From assembly GCA_937625935.1 (NCBI GenBank), contig OW569349.1, forward strand, positions 434,001 through 498,000: a stretch of DNA of 64,000 nt, given 5' to 3'. The notes under the pieces are model-generated. The model did not search any database. It was not told the DNA's origin and worked only from the letters and a program-made list of their open reading frames with translations. Shown piece after piece: positions 54,158-64,000 of the stretch; the stretch's first letter is position 1; every line of letters begins with the position of its first letter. Origin of the DNA: Tetramitus jugosus. Taxonomy: Eukaryota; Protista; Heterolobosea. Made by a program: the position numbers and the translations under genes.

Positions 54158-56506
54158 TCAGACAGGAAGACCCCCATTTTGTTCTAATTTACTTCCTCTC
54201 CCTATGTATAGTTGGGAATATGATCCACTTACGTCATGTTGTGGATGTACAGAGATAGATTGCGAGCGAGAGTGAGATGACCTTGTCTTATTGATCTTCG
54301 GAGTGAAACTACAGTACTCTTGCAGTTCCCTCTGTTCTGAATTGCGACTAACTGTTGCTAGCTTGTTCTTCTTTGCTTGGAGCAATCGGTTAGTCAATTC
54401 CTCAATGTTCGATTGTTCGATTCTTTGGTTTTCAGGGCTGCTGGGTCTACTTTTCTTTTGAATTGATTTTCTAGTGTCTGGTTGGAAGGTACACTGAGCT
54501 AGTTCATCCTGTAATAGCTCTTCCTTTCGAATTTCCTTCTTAATCCTCCATTTCTCTTTCTCTCCCAACAACACTTCATGGATCCTTCCTGCACTGAGAG
54601 CTCTTCTCCGCTCTTGGCTCATATTAACCAGTTCTTCGGAATGTCTGTTTAGTCTTGGTTTAAATGTATAGTTTTCGTCTATTATTTGTAGATCTGTTGG
54701 ATCGATTTCCGTTTTAGTTTCTAATACCATTCTTTTCTTCTTAATTTCGGCGTTCTTTCGGGAGAAAGAGGTGAGAAGAGTAGTTTTTGCTCCTTGCAAT
54801 CTTGTATCCTCCACCCGAGCGAGCATATGATTCACAAACTCATCTAATGAGATAATAGTATTTTCTTCAAACTGTTTGAACACGAATTGTAACTCTTGAA
54901 TTAACTCAGGCTCAAGGTATTTCACATCGGAAACAATTGCGTGGATGTTGATGTATCCGTCATGATCTGAATCTAAGAATTCAAAGAGCTCTGTAATTTT
55001 TCGTATTTTAGCTATTTCGACTAGTTTCTGGCTGTTCTGATTAGTATGACTTTGGTTTGCCATCTTCTTGATACTCTCTTCATACTCTTGAATCATTTTG
55101 GATTTTGGATCGTCTACAAATCCCTCCTGCTTAAACTTCGAGGTTGAAGAATATCTAGATATGACCGGTTTAAATAATTCTCGACCTGTTTCTTGGTCAA
55201 TATTACTGTACATTTGTGTTCTCAATTGCGCTACATGCTTATCTGTTTCCTTCTTGGAATTTACGAGTCTGTTGATAAACTCATTCTTATCTTCGCCACG
55301 AATAAAGGAGTGTTTCCCAATTTCAGGTTTAAATGTTGCTTCTGAAGGCAAATAACACAAACTCTCTTGTTTCTTCTTTAACCTCAACTCTGCATCTTTG
55401 AACAACTGCTCATGAAGGTCGTCTTCCTCTTTAAAATGAAAATCATCGAATACAACAGATTCTCTTATTTTCTTCTCTTTTGCTAAGCGTTCAGAAGTTC
55501 GGCTAATTTTTGGACGGTATGTGAAAGTAGTATCTACTTGTGATTCCATCATAGGAGCCTTTGGTCTCCTGACACTCTTCTCCATGACTCTTTCTAAAAT
55601 ATCTTTGTTGTTGTTCATGATGAACTTGAATGAATTGTTGATTCTCGGCTGGAAGGTGGCCTCCACACCCTGCTTGGCTTCATTCAATCTCTTTTGTTGC
55701 TCTATCATCTCATCTTGTTTTTCTTTCATTGTCTTAGCCTCTGAATACAAGAATTCTCCATAATTACTGTATCGCTGGATGGTGTTTCTTGATCTGTCTA
55801 ACTCTCCAATGATTCGTTTTGACGTACTCGACATGGGCACCTTTGTTTCGTCAATCTTCTGTTTTTCATACATTTCCGACTCTATCTTTGCCTGTAATAA
55901 CTTGGCTTCCTTATGTTTAGCTGTTTCGTGCAATCGATCGAAAACTGGCTTTGTAAAGTACGGCAATCCTGCTATAATCTTTTCATTTTTCTTTTTGATC
56001 GCTGATTTGTTCACATCTTCACTCTTCTTCACCTCTGCTGTGGGAATGTGAGAGGATCTATAGTCTTTATCATCAAAAGAGTCGTTGAGAGCTGTTGTTG
56101 TCGACCGATGAGTTGCACCTAGATCTGTCTGATTCATCAAGTTGTTTGATCGATTCATCGTACTTTGTTGATTCTTGGCAGATAGTTCATTCACGTTCGA
56201 TCGAATGTACTCCGCGAGAGGTGCAAGAACATCTACAGACAGATCATGCTTCTTTTGAAATTGACTTGCCAGATCCTCAAACTCATCATCTGCATGAATA
56301 ATTATTGTATCACTTCTTCCATCTCCAATATCAACTGTCATGAGTAAAATTACCTTTCTAGTGGGAACACTGTTCATCGCATTGGAGAGTTGACTCATAT
56401 CCATCGACACTAAAGAGAATGGTTGTATTAGTACCAGCTCATGACTTAGAAGAGAAAATAGAGCTCTATCTTACGTACTCCTGTTTGATTTGGATTGGTT
56501 CATCAT
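54158..56506 (-). CDS. EF-hand protein with repeated TFxPxI motifs; exons 56506-56479 and 56409-54158
   Basis: EF loop DSDHDGYIN; about seven xTFxPxI-type repeats; N-terminal TVDIGDGRSDTIII domain. Phase-1 intron 56410-56478. Confidence 0.75.
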
Positions 56507-56866
56507 TCAAACTTGGTTTCACAATTTCGTAAATCCTGTTGTTTGACTGTCCAGCAAAACAAAATCGTAACGGCCATGATAAAACGCTTGTAGAAAAAAA
56601 GAGCGCCAAAGTGCTACGCGACAAACCAACAATGACTCAATTGAGATCACAGTGCTCTATATCCTCAACAGATGAGTGCTGTTGGCATTGACTTATCAGG
56701 TGTTTTGAAGTTCAAGTGAGGGGAATAGAATGAACCGAGCCAAGGAGTGATATCAAGGTGTGCAAAGAGGTAGAAAAGTCATGTGGATTGTTCACTCAGA
56801 ACCAAAAGGAACCAGGTTTACTGAATTCTCTGTCCACATTTGAGTTGATCACACAAACCCAATACA

Positions 56867-57514
56867 TTACTCTGTTTTCAAAAAGTAAAGAAAGTCCATT
56901 TCAGGGGCTTGTCCTCCACCCAGGTGTTGCATCACCAGACAACTGATTTGACCTCTGTGATGAGTGCCGTGATTGAATACATGGGTAAGCGCGTCACACA
57001 ATCGCCTTGAATACTCAGTGCCTTTCGTGTCCTTGTAAACAAAATTGTTGCCAAAGTCAGAATCAGACAGTGTCTCCAAATATTCAATCCAGAGATCACA
57101 CTGATTCAAGATTTTAGCTTGCATGAGTTTCTTGTCACACGCGAAAACCTGGTGCCAATGAAGTCCACCATTGGATGCTCCCAGTTTCCACAGTTCATTT
57201 ACATTGACATCTGGGTACAGTTGACTCAATTCATGAGCTTCACTCTGGACAATTCTGGAAAACCACAAATTCTCAGCCAATAGCAAATGAGTGAGAGTAC
57301 CATGGATCGAATAGGAAAATACTTGTTCTTGCTGGCCATACTCATCCGAGGACAAGAGATGAATCTTGTCAAACAGTACATTGTACGCCCATTTGTTGTA
57401 CCGGGCCATGTGGACGAAATGAGCCTTGATCATACTTTTTTGACAGGTTGTGTGTTTTGTTGATCTCAAAGAAAATTGAAGTTCGCGTTCCAACGAAGAA
57501 ATTGCTTGTTGCAT
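56867..57514 (-). CDS. DinB/YfiT-family protein (bacterial-type)
   Basis: MARYNKWA, SIHGTLTHLLLAENLW, HVFNHGTHHRGQIS (His triad). Confidence 0.88.
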   Translation of the reverse strand: MQQAISSLERELQFSLRSTKHTTCQKSMIKAHFVHMARYNKWAYNVLFDKIHLLSSDEYGQQEQVFSYSIHGTLTHLLLAENLWFSRIVQSEAHELSQLYPDVNVNELWKLGASNGGLHWHQVFACDKKLMQAKILNQCDLWIEYLETLSDSDFGNNFVYKDTKGTEYSRRLCDALTHVFNHGTHHRGQISCLVMQHLGGGQAPEMDFLYFLKTE

Positions 57515-57685
57515 TTTATATCTCTCGGGGAGTCATGACGTAAATGCACAATAAATGAGCACATCTTTCAATCAGCTCCAAGATCCTCTTTGATGAGAAA
57601 GAGTCATGAATACATCCCTCTGCGAACAGCCAGAGCAAATCAAATGAAAATCGCATCAATACCAATGACCAATTAGTGCCAAGTT

Positions 57686-58191
57686 TCACTCGCATTGTTG
57701 AATTGTGCTCGTGCTATCATTTACACTGCTACTCCTTGATGATGTCAACATTTGAATCTGTTGCTCCAACTCTTCCAATTCTTCAATCCAATTGCGCCTT
57801 CGTTTAATGCGATTCAAGCGATCCAATGTCTTTTTCAATCCATTCTCCAACCTTTGCACTTGTCTTTCACAAGTCAGTACATCCATTTGCTCCTCTATCA
57901 GTTCTTGTCTATCGTTGCCTTCTCGTAATAATCGCTGTTGTTCCTCTACTTGATCATGAACCACTGACAATGATGGCGACGGCGATGAGAATGGTCGAGG
58001 CGATACTGACATTGTTCCTGCAGCAACAGAAACATTTACATTCTGATGATATTGTTGTTGCTGACCCACCAATCTCGCATCCTGTGCCTTTTTCAACAAT
58101 GGTTGAGGATAAGTGTAGTTTGATGATGATGGCAGTGGCGGTGGTGGCGAAGGAGAAGTATTGTTGTTGACAAACGACGATGAAACTGCTA

Positions 58192-58223
<32 letters not shown>

Positions 58224-58594
58224 GGTGCGTTTGGTGGTGGTGGTGGACCATAGGGATGATACGATGACGAGTGTTGTTGTTGTCGACCACCTGATTGTTG
58301 TTGACGACTATAGTGTGGTGGTTGACGATATCGATGTTGTTGTTCACGATGAGTATTACTATATCGGTGTGGTTGTGGTGATAGTGAGACAGATGAGTGT
58401 TGTTGTAATTGTGGTTGTTGATGAACAGAATGAGGATGATTGTAGTGAGGAGGTGGAGGTGAGGAAGAAGGGGGTGGTGGATAGGAGCCTGGTCGAGCGG
58501 GCATGAATGATCTGGGAGGAGTTGATGGAGGTTTGTTGATTGCCCTGCTGCTAGATGGCGTGGGCAAGATACTGTTGTTGTGTGGTTCTTGCAT
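57686..58594 (-). CDS. Proline/Gln-rich protein with C-terminal coiled coil
   Basis: 302-aa ORF; PPPP tracts followed by a heptad E/Q/R region. Confidence 0.65.
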
Positions 58595-58643
58595 GTTTGA
58601 TTGTTTTGGGTTGTCATAAAGAACAGAACAAAAGGCAAAAGAT

Positions 58644-58714
58644 CTCGATCACCGGGAATCGAACCCGGGTCGCCAGAGTGACAGTCTGGAATGCTACCCC
58701 TATACCATGACCGA
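58644..58714 (-). tRNA. tRNA-Asp (GTC)
   Basis: Minus strand reads TCGGTCA TG GTAT AGGGGTA GCAT T CCAGA CTGTCAC TCTGG CGAC CCGGG TTCGATT CCCGG TGATCGA G. This folds as a cloverleaf with a GTC anticodon and is followed by T4 runs (Pol III terminator-like). Confidence 0.95.
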
Positions 58715-59099
58715 TTGTTGTTGTTAGTACACCTTTTACGTATTTCTGCAAAAGTCGTACCGTGAAATTAACGGCTAATCAATGTTGGCTTTGTCAGACT
58801 TTAGACTGGCCTGGTAGCGCAGTGAAAGATTGAATTATTCGCGCTCTTTCATCCAAGCGAACATTGGCTTCAACCCAAAAGAATAGCGATAATGAAATCA
58901 TCTCATCCACCTGCCTGATCGATGGTAACACTCGGGGATTACCCTAGACATTCATTGGATATTATTGTTGATTACTTACTCCAACCACTCTTTGAAGTGC
59001 ATTTTGTTGGGAACTGGCCACAGAACATGGGAACACAACAAAAGTTGGGCATCCCAAAAGTGGCCATCGAGAATTCGAAACCAAACAAACAACAAACAA

Positions 59100-59835
59100 A
59101 TGACAGATCAGATTAAATTTTGCTGCATTGCAACTGGTTCCCCTTTTGAAAGAACCAACCAATACCCCAGACAAGCACCCACAACTGAACTCGACAAGGC
59201 AATCAACGTGGTGCTTCAAAAGGTGAGCCGAGCGGATCACAGAAGAACACTGACACATGACAAGAGCAACCTTGTGATTCATTTCACTGTTCACAATGGT
59301 GTTTGTTTCATATGCATTGCTGATAGTCAGTCCAAGCAGAGGACATGTTGGGGATTGCTGGATGATATGGAACAGAATTGGGACAAGGGAGCCATCAAGG
59401 GAAGCAAAGGAGATCGATTTCTGAAGGAACGATTGAGTTTTTTCAATGACCCAAGTAATGACGTATGTTTTTTTTTGACATGACAGTATTGTGATTTCAG
59501 TTCAATAGAGCCCTAACAACCCAGTTCCATCGGTTTAGAAATTGACATTGTTGAATGAGCGTGTAAGTGAGCTCAAGGATGTCATGATTGAAAATTTTGA
59601 CAAGTTACTGGTCAGAGGAGAAGACATTGAACAATTAGTGAGTAGCACGAATGACTTGGTGGAAAGTGCTCATCTCATGGATCGAAAAGCCACAACAGTG
59701 AAGAGAATCTCAATGTGGAAACTGATTCTCATTGTGATTATTATTCTCGTGGTTGTAATTGTTGCAATTATTGTACTTATTTTGATTATCGTTGCAGCTG
59801 CTTGCAAGGGATTCAAGAATTGCAAGAAGAAGTAA
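59100..59835 (+). CDS. VAMP7-like longin R-SNARE; exons 59100-59462 and 59539-59835
   Basis: Longin domain (GVCFICIAD), R-SNARE motif (VSELKDVMIENFDKLLVRGEDIEQL) and C-terminal TM. Intron 59463-59538. Confidence 0.9.
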
Positions 59836-59970
59836 AAAGCCTCGCTTTCCAATGTCCAAGGTGTCGAATCAATCGAAGGGGTTGACGTCCGGGACTCCTT
59901 CACTTGTGAGTAGGAGTGAGTGCAAAATTTCGACCAATAAATGTGTGGATTTATTATTCGCTACAATTTC

Positions 59971-60816
59971 TTACAATTTGCTTACCTTGAAGAACTTCTT
60001 AATGGCAAGTTGTGCCTCTTGGCTCAACATTCGCTCTTTCAACATGTGCGACTCTCTTGCATTGACCTCATGAAGCACTTGCTTCTCTCTCATCAACTGC
60101 TTGGTAGCAATGAGTGCTCCAGGTGGATGGACAGCCAATTGTTTGGTGATAAATGCTTGTACTTGATCCATGAGTTGATCATGTGGAAACACCTGATGCA
60201 CCAAGTGATATTCCGTATTGGCCATCTGTGCACTCAGTTTCATATTCTGCAACAGAACACTGTTTGCCTTCAATTGACCCATCAACTTTGGAAAAGTGTA
60301 GCTCGAACAAGCTTCAGCACAAATTGCCAAGTTCATGAACGGTGTGTGGAATGTTGCTCGATCCGAACAGAACACAAAGTCACACAATGGTATCATTGTG
60401 ACACCAATGCCAACACTGGGACCATTAATTGCCAAAATCATAATTTTCTTAAAGTCAATCAGCACATCAACCAGTTTTTGAACACTATCAAAAATCAATG
60501 CGTCCAACCCTTGTTCAATCTCTTGTCTTGTTGCATTGGGCTTGAGCATGACACCAACATTGCCCAGATCATTTCCTGCAGTGAAAAACTTGCCAGACCC
60601 AGTCAAAACAACAAAAGTAATCTCGTCACAGATATCACAATACTGCAACACACGGATCAACGTCTGATATTGCTCATTGGTAAATGTGTTGAGCTTGGAG
60701 GGGCGATTCAGAGTGATGGTCACTGTGCGATTCTGTGGAGTGAATTGGGTGATCAGTTGATTGGAGGGAGATAATCTTGAAAGCATTTCCAAATCAATGG
60801 ATACGGTGGATGACAT
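59971..60816 (-). CDS. Peroxisomal enoyl-CoA delta-isomerase (ECI2-like, crotonase fold) with PTS1
   Basis: ITLNRPSKLN, FFTAGNDL, INGPSVGIG, FHTPF...EACSSYTFP; ends in SKL. Alternative in-frame ATG at 60966. Confidence 0.88.
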   Translation of the reverse strand: MSSTVSIDLEMLSRLSPSNQLITQFTPQNRTVTITLNRPSKLNTFTNEQYQTLIRVLQYCDICDEITFVVLTGSGKFFTAGNDLGNVGVMLKPNATRQEIEQGLDALIFDSVQKLVDVLIDFKKIMILAINGPSVGIGVTMIPLCDFVFCSDRATFHTPFMNLAICAEACSSYTFPKLMGQLKANSVLLQNMKLSAQMANTEYHLVHQVFPHDQLMDQVQAFITKQLAVHPPGALIATKQLMREKQVLHEVNARESHMLKERMLSQEAQLAIKKFFKVSKL

Positions 60817-61089
60817 TTTCGAGAGGAGAGTTGAATTTGTTGTGTAATTGGTAGTGAATCCACTGTTTGTTGTTGCAGCAGGAAGGAAAATTTGCACCTG
60901 AGGAGAAAAAAACGAGCAGGAGATACTCCAGTCAATAAATAGTTTTACTTGACCCTTCACAATCATTGTTTCCTTTCAATGCTTTGTTTCGATGGGTTCC
61001 ATTAAACAACAACCATGGAAAATACTGTCTCTAGTGAGAAAGAGCTTGCATTCCCAAAGATGCTTAATCCTTCATCATGAGTAACTGCT

Positions 61090-61491
61090 TCAAATCTCGA
61101 ATTCCTTGTTCTCGGTCATAAAACCTTTGGATAGATATCTTTCTCGTCCGTAGTTCACTTCAACCCTCTCGGGCTCAGATTGAGTTTCCTCACTGAACGA
61201 TTTCTCGTCAGTTTTGTGCGCTCCCTTCTTGGGAAGCTCCATAGAGCTACTGAAGGGTCTTGGGGCGTAGGATCTACTCTCCTTGGATTTCTCTTTGATT
61301 AAACTTTGATGAAGCTCTGACAACTCACCAGTGAGCCATTCTCTGGACACCACTCTCCGAATCTTAGGAAGGTTCTCTTTGAGAAAGCTATACTCGGACA
61401 CATCATTGTTACTATCCTCTTGATATCCAGCTAAGATGTCCAAGACATAAATCTTATTATTCTTGCCTCTGAACCACTTGGTTATCCACAT
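61090..61491 (-). CDS. Hypothetical protein
   Basis: ATG-initiated 133-aa ORF occupying an intergenic slot; no recognised motif. Confidence 0.45.
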   Translation of the reverse strand: MWITKWFRGKNNKIYVLDILAGYQEDSNNDVSEYSFLKENLPKIRRVVSREWLTGELSELHQSLIKEKSKESRSYAPRPFSSSMELPKKGAHKTDEKSFSEETQSEPERVEVNYGRERYLSKGFMTENKEFEI

Positions 61492-61819
61492 TAATCAATC
61501 TACTTGATCTCGTTTCTGTTGTTGAAAGATACTAGCATCAACACATTCCATTTCCTGGCAGTTTAATTTGGCCTCTCTATCATGTCGTTTCACTCACCTA
61601 ACGTTCAGTGAAGTTCGATGTTCTAATTGTCCTCTTTTGAACCTCAATGTTCAATCCGTCCCGTTTTGTCATATCATCCGTAGTGCATCCGATGTCATTT
61701 CACCGGAGAGATCATGTTTCGCGCCCAACATGTCGGAATATTGTTTCTCCACAATTCGAACAACCAACAACAGAAATCCGCCCACACAAAAACAATCATA
61801 AATTTGACAAACAGAGATC

Positions 61820-63510
61820 ATGGGTTTGCAACACGCTGTACCAATCAAGGAGACTCACAGTGGCCTCAATAACCACATTTACTATGCAAGCAGCAGTATG
61901 CAAGGCTACAGACCTGAACAAGAAGATGCTCATTGTAACGAATTGGACGTTCCGATCGATCCAACCAAGAATCGTTTCGATCAGGATTACAAGTTTTGTG
62001 TCTTTGGTGTTTTCGATGGTCATGCAGGTATGTGATCTAAACTGCTGCTGCTGAAAAGACAAAAGAAAAGCTTTTCAGTGGTTTTTTTTTCGTAGTGCAA
62101 TTTTTTTTCTCGTTTCTTGTTTGTTGAGCTTATTGGTTTTTTCAATCAAGCACTCTCCATGATGATTTTGTCCATTTGATCACTCACCAACCACTATTTG
62201 ATCCAATCATGAACATGATAATGACTCTTATTCTTGCTACACATTATCTAGGTGCCATGGCAAGTGAATACTGCTCAAAGCATTTGCTCCCATGCGTTGT
62301 ACAGTGTGAAGAAGAGCGTTTGGCTCAATTGCCTGACGACTGTGAAGACTCATTGAAGCGTGTCTGGGGATCCGATGACCTGTTCACCACAGCCTACCTC
62401 AAGTGTGATGCTGACTTGAGACAGTATCACTTGGATTGCAATGTTCAGCCAGAGTTGGGCGCTGGCACAACAAGCATTGCTGTGTATTGTAGATTGCCTG
62501 TTGACAAAACCAAACCTCATGAGATTGTCTGTACAAATGTCGGTGATTCAAGAGCAATTTTGTTTGATGGTGCAACGAATACTACGGTTGCTATGAGCAA
62601 GGATCAAAAACCATCCAACGACAAGGAGAGAACAAGAATTGAAGCTGCTGGTAAGATGGTGAGCATGGGTAGAGTCATGGGCAACTTGGCTGTTGCTAGA
62701 GCTTTTGGAGACTTTAGATACAAGAACAGTCCTGATGTTCCAGAGATACAACAGGCTGTGTGTGTCGAACCAGAGATTAAGAGATATGAGTTTACACCTG
62801 CTACTACCTTGACCAATGGGCAATATCAGTTTGTTGTGTTAGCGTAAGTAATATTACTGTTGCTTGTGTTTCTGCGATTGCATGAATGTTTGACAGACAC
62901 ATCAATGCCTAACTCTCTATCTCTGTTTCTGTTATTCTCTCTGTTTTCTCTTCAATGATGATTGTATTTTAGTTGTGATGGATTGTGGGACAAGATGTCT
63001 AACCCTGAAGTCTCCGACTATATTCGTCAACACTTGGCCGAGTATCAAATCTTTAATGAAGAGTATGCATTGACACAGACACAAATGGAACCAGTGCAAA
63101 GAACCTGGATGCACAAGCAAGTGTCCACATGGACCAGTGATGACATTGCTTCCTTCCTCGAGTCTATACCCTCCAAGTTCAAGAGATACTTTAGACTGAT
63201 CAACAATGGAAGAGATTTGGTCAATTATGTAACCAATGATGCTGTATGGGAATCTCTCATGCAAACCAAGGAAGGAATTGTCAATCCTCATGACTTTACC
63301 GAAGCTATCGGTCAAGAGTTTAGAGACATTGTCTTGAAAACCATTGAAGACAACAATGCCAAGCTAACGGCAGATGTTCAAATCAAGAGCACTACTGCTA
63401 AGCTTGCATTCCTCACTGAGAAACTGATTGACTTTGTTGTGTTCAAGAAGAGAAGTGAGGACAATGTCTCCGTCACGATCATTCTTCTGAAACCGACAAG
63501 TGAAAACTAA
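61820..63510 (+). CDS. PP2C/PPM phosphatase with internal SAM-like insertion; exons 61820-62027, 62252-62843, 62973-63510
   Basis: SMQGYRPEQEDAH, GVFDGHAG, GTT, NVGDSRA, LAVARAFGD, VLA|CDGLWD, SEDNVSV. Introns 62028-62251 and 62844-62972. Confidence 0.92.
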
Positions 63511-63711
63511 AGAGACCTCCCAACGGCCCACCCATCTCTCACTCAAAAAAGCATACGTGCGTACATCTCTCGTGTTGTATTCACTCAACAATATTCGCAT
63601 CAATAAACCTCAAATATTTCAAACAGCTTCAACAAGGCAAAATAATCAGCAAAATTTTCCACACAACAAAAAACAGCATCAATCAACAATCCATTCATTC
63701 ATCACAGAGAT

Positions 63712-64000
63712 ATGCACAAACTCCTATTGACAACTGTTGCGCCAAGAACACGCATGAACATGTCTTGCACTCACAATTGCATGATGATTCATCAAGTCAG
63801 AAGTGTCATCTCCTCCAAACACCCCTTTCAAAACCCTCATCACCCCAACAACAACAACAACAAAAAGAGGCACAATCATGCACAGCAAACACACCCAACA
63901 TCATCACCCCATGAAAAACATGAGGATCCATTGGACCAAGAGCTAAAGCAACTCATGGACGAACACATTGCACAGGAAGTGAAGGAAACGGAGCTTAAAA
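63712..64000 (+). CDS. 5' part of a gene running off the window (presequence-like N-terminus)
   Basis: MHKLLLTTVAPRTRMNMSC... stays open to the window end, preceded by a CA-rich leader like those of other genes here. Confidence 0.5.
   Translation, partial: MHKLLLTTVAPRTRMNMSCTHNCMMIHQVRSVISSKHPFQNPHHPNNNNNKKRHNHAQQTHPTSSPHEKHEDPLDQELKQLMDEHIAQEVKETELK

Noticed and set aside
1-64000. Prokaryotic operon, prophage or defence-system interpretation
   Set aside because: Spliceosomal introns, core eukaryotic genes and mixed gene orientation throughout; the bacterial-type genes are isolated singletons.

Overview
Gene-dense eukaryotic nuclear DNA. It holds about 41 protein-coding genes on both strands with mostly short spacers, 14 GT-AG introns (56-224 nt) that I reconstructed by frame, and one tRNA-Asp(GTC). 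I saw no rRNA, CRISPR array or recognisable transposon. Actin-motility genes (Abi, formin, CAP, exportin-6) sit alongside basal-body/flagellar genes (TPGS2, ZMYND12-like, CEP70-like, TMEM237, HYLS1, ANK-MORN). Together with the compact, intron-poor layout, this suggests an amoeboflagellate protist, plausibly a heterolobosean (inference only). All family assignments come from motif recognition by eye; no searches were run. The most notable finds are: (1) a myristoylated four-EF-hand CBL/calcineurin-B-like sensor fused in one polypeptide to a CIPK/SNF1-like kinase, visible only after splicing; (2) an Abi (WAVE-complex) protein with a duplicated polyPro-WH2-C-like module, head-to-head with a formin; (3) a PP2C with a SAM-like domain inside its catalytic domain; (4) a degenerate Nudix protein with a large insertion; (5) bacterial-type genes (Hsp33, DinB, TPM-Zn ribbon); (6) a recurrent E2F-like GCGCG promoter motif; (7) a structured element just downstream of eIF4A.
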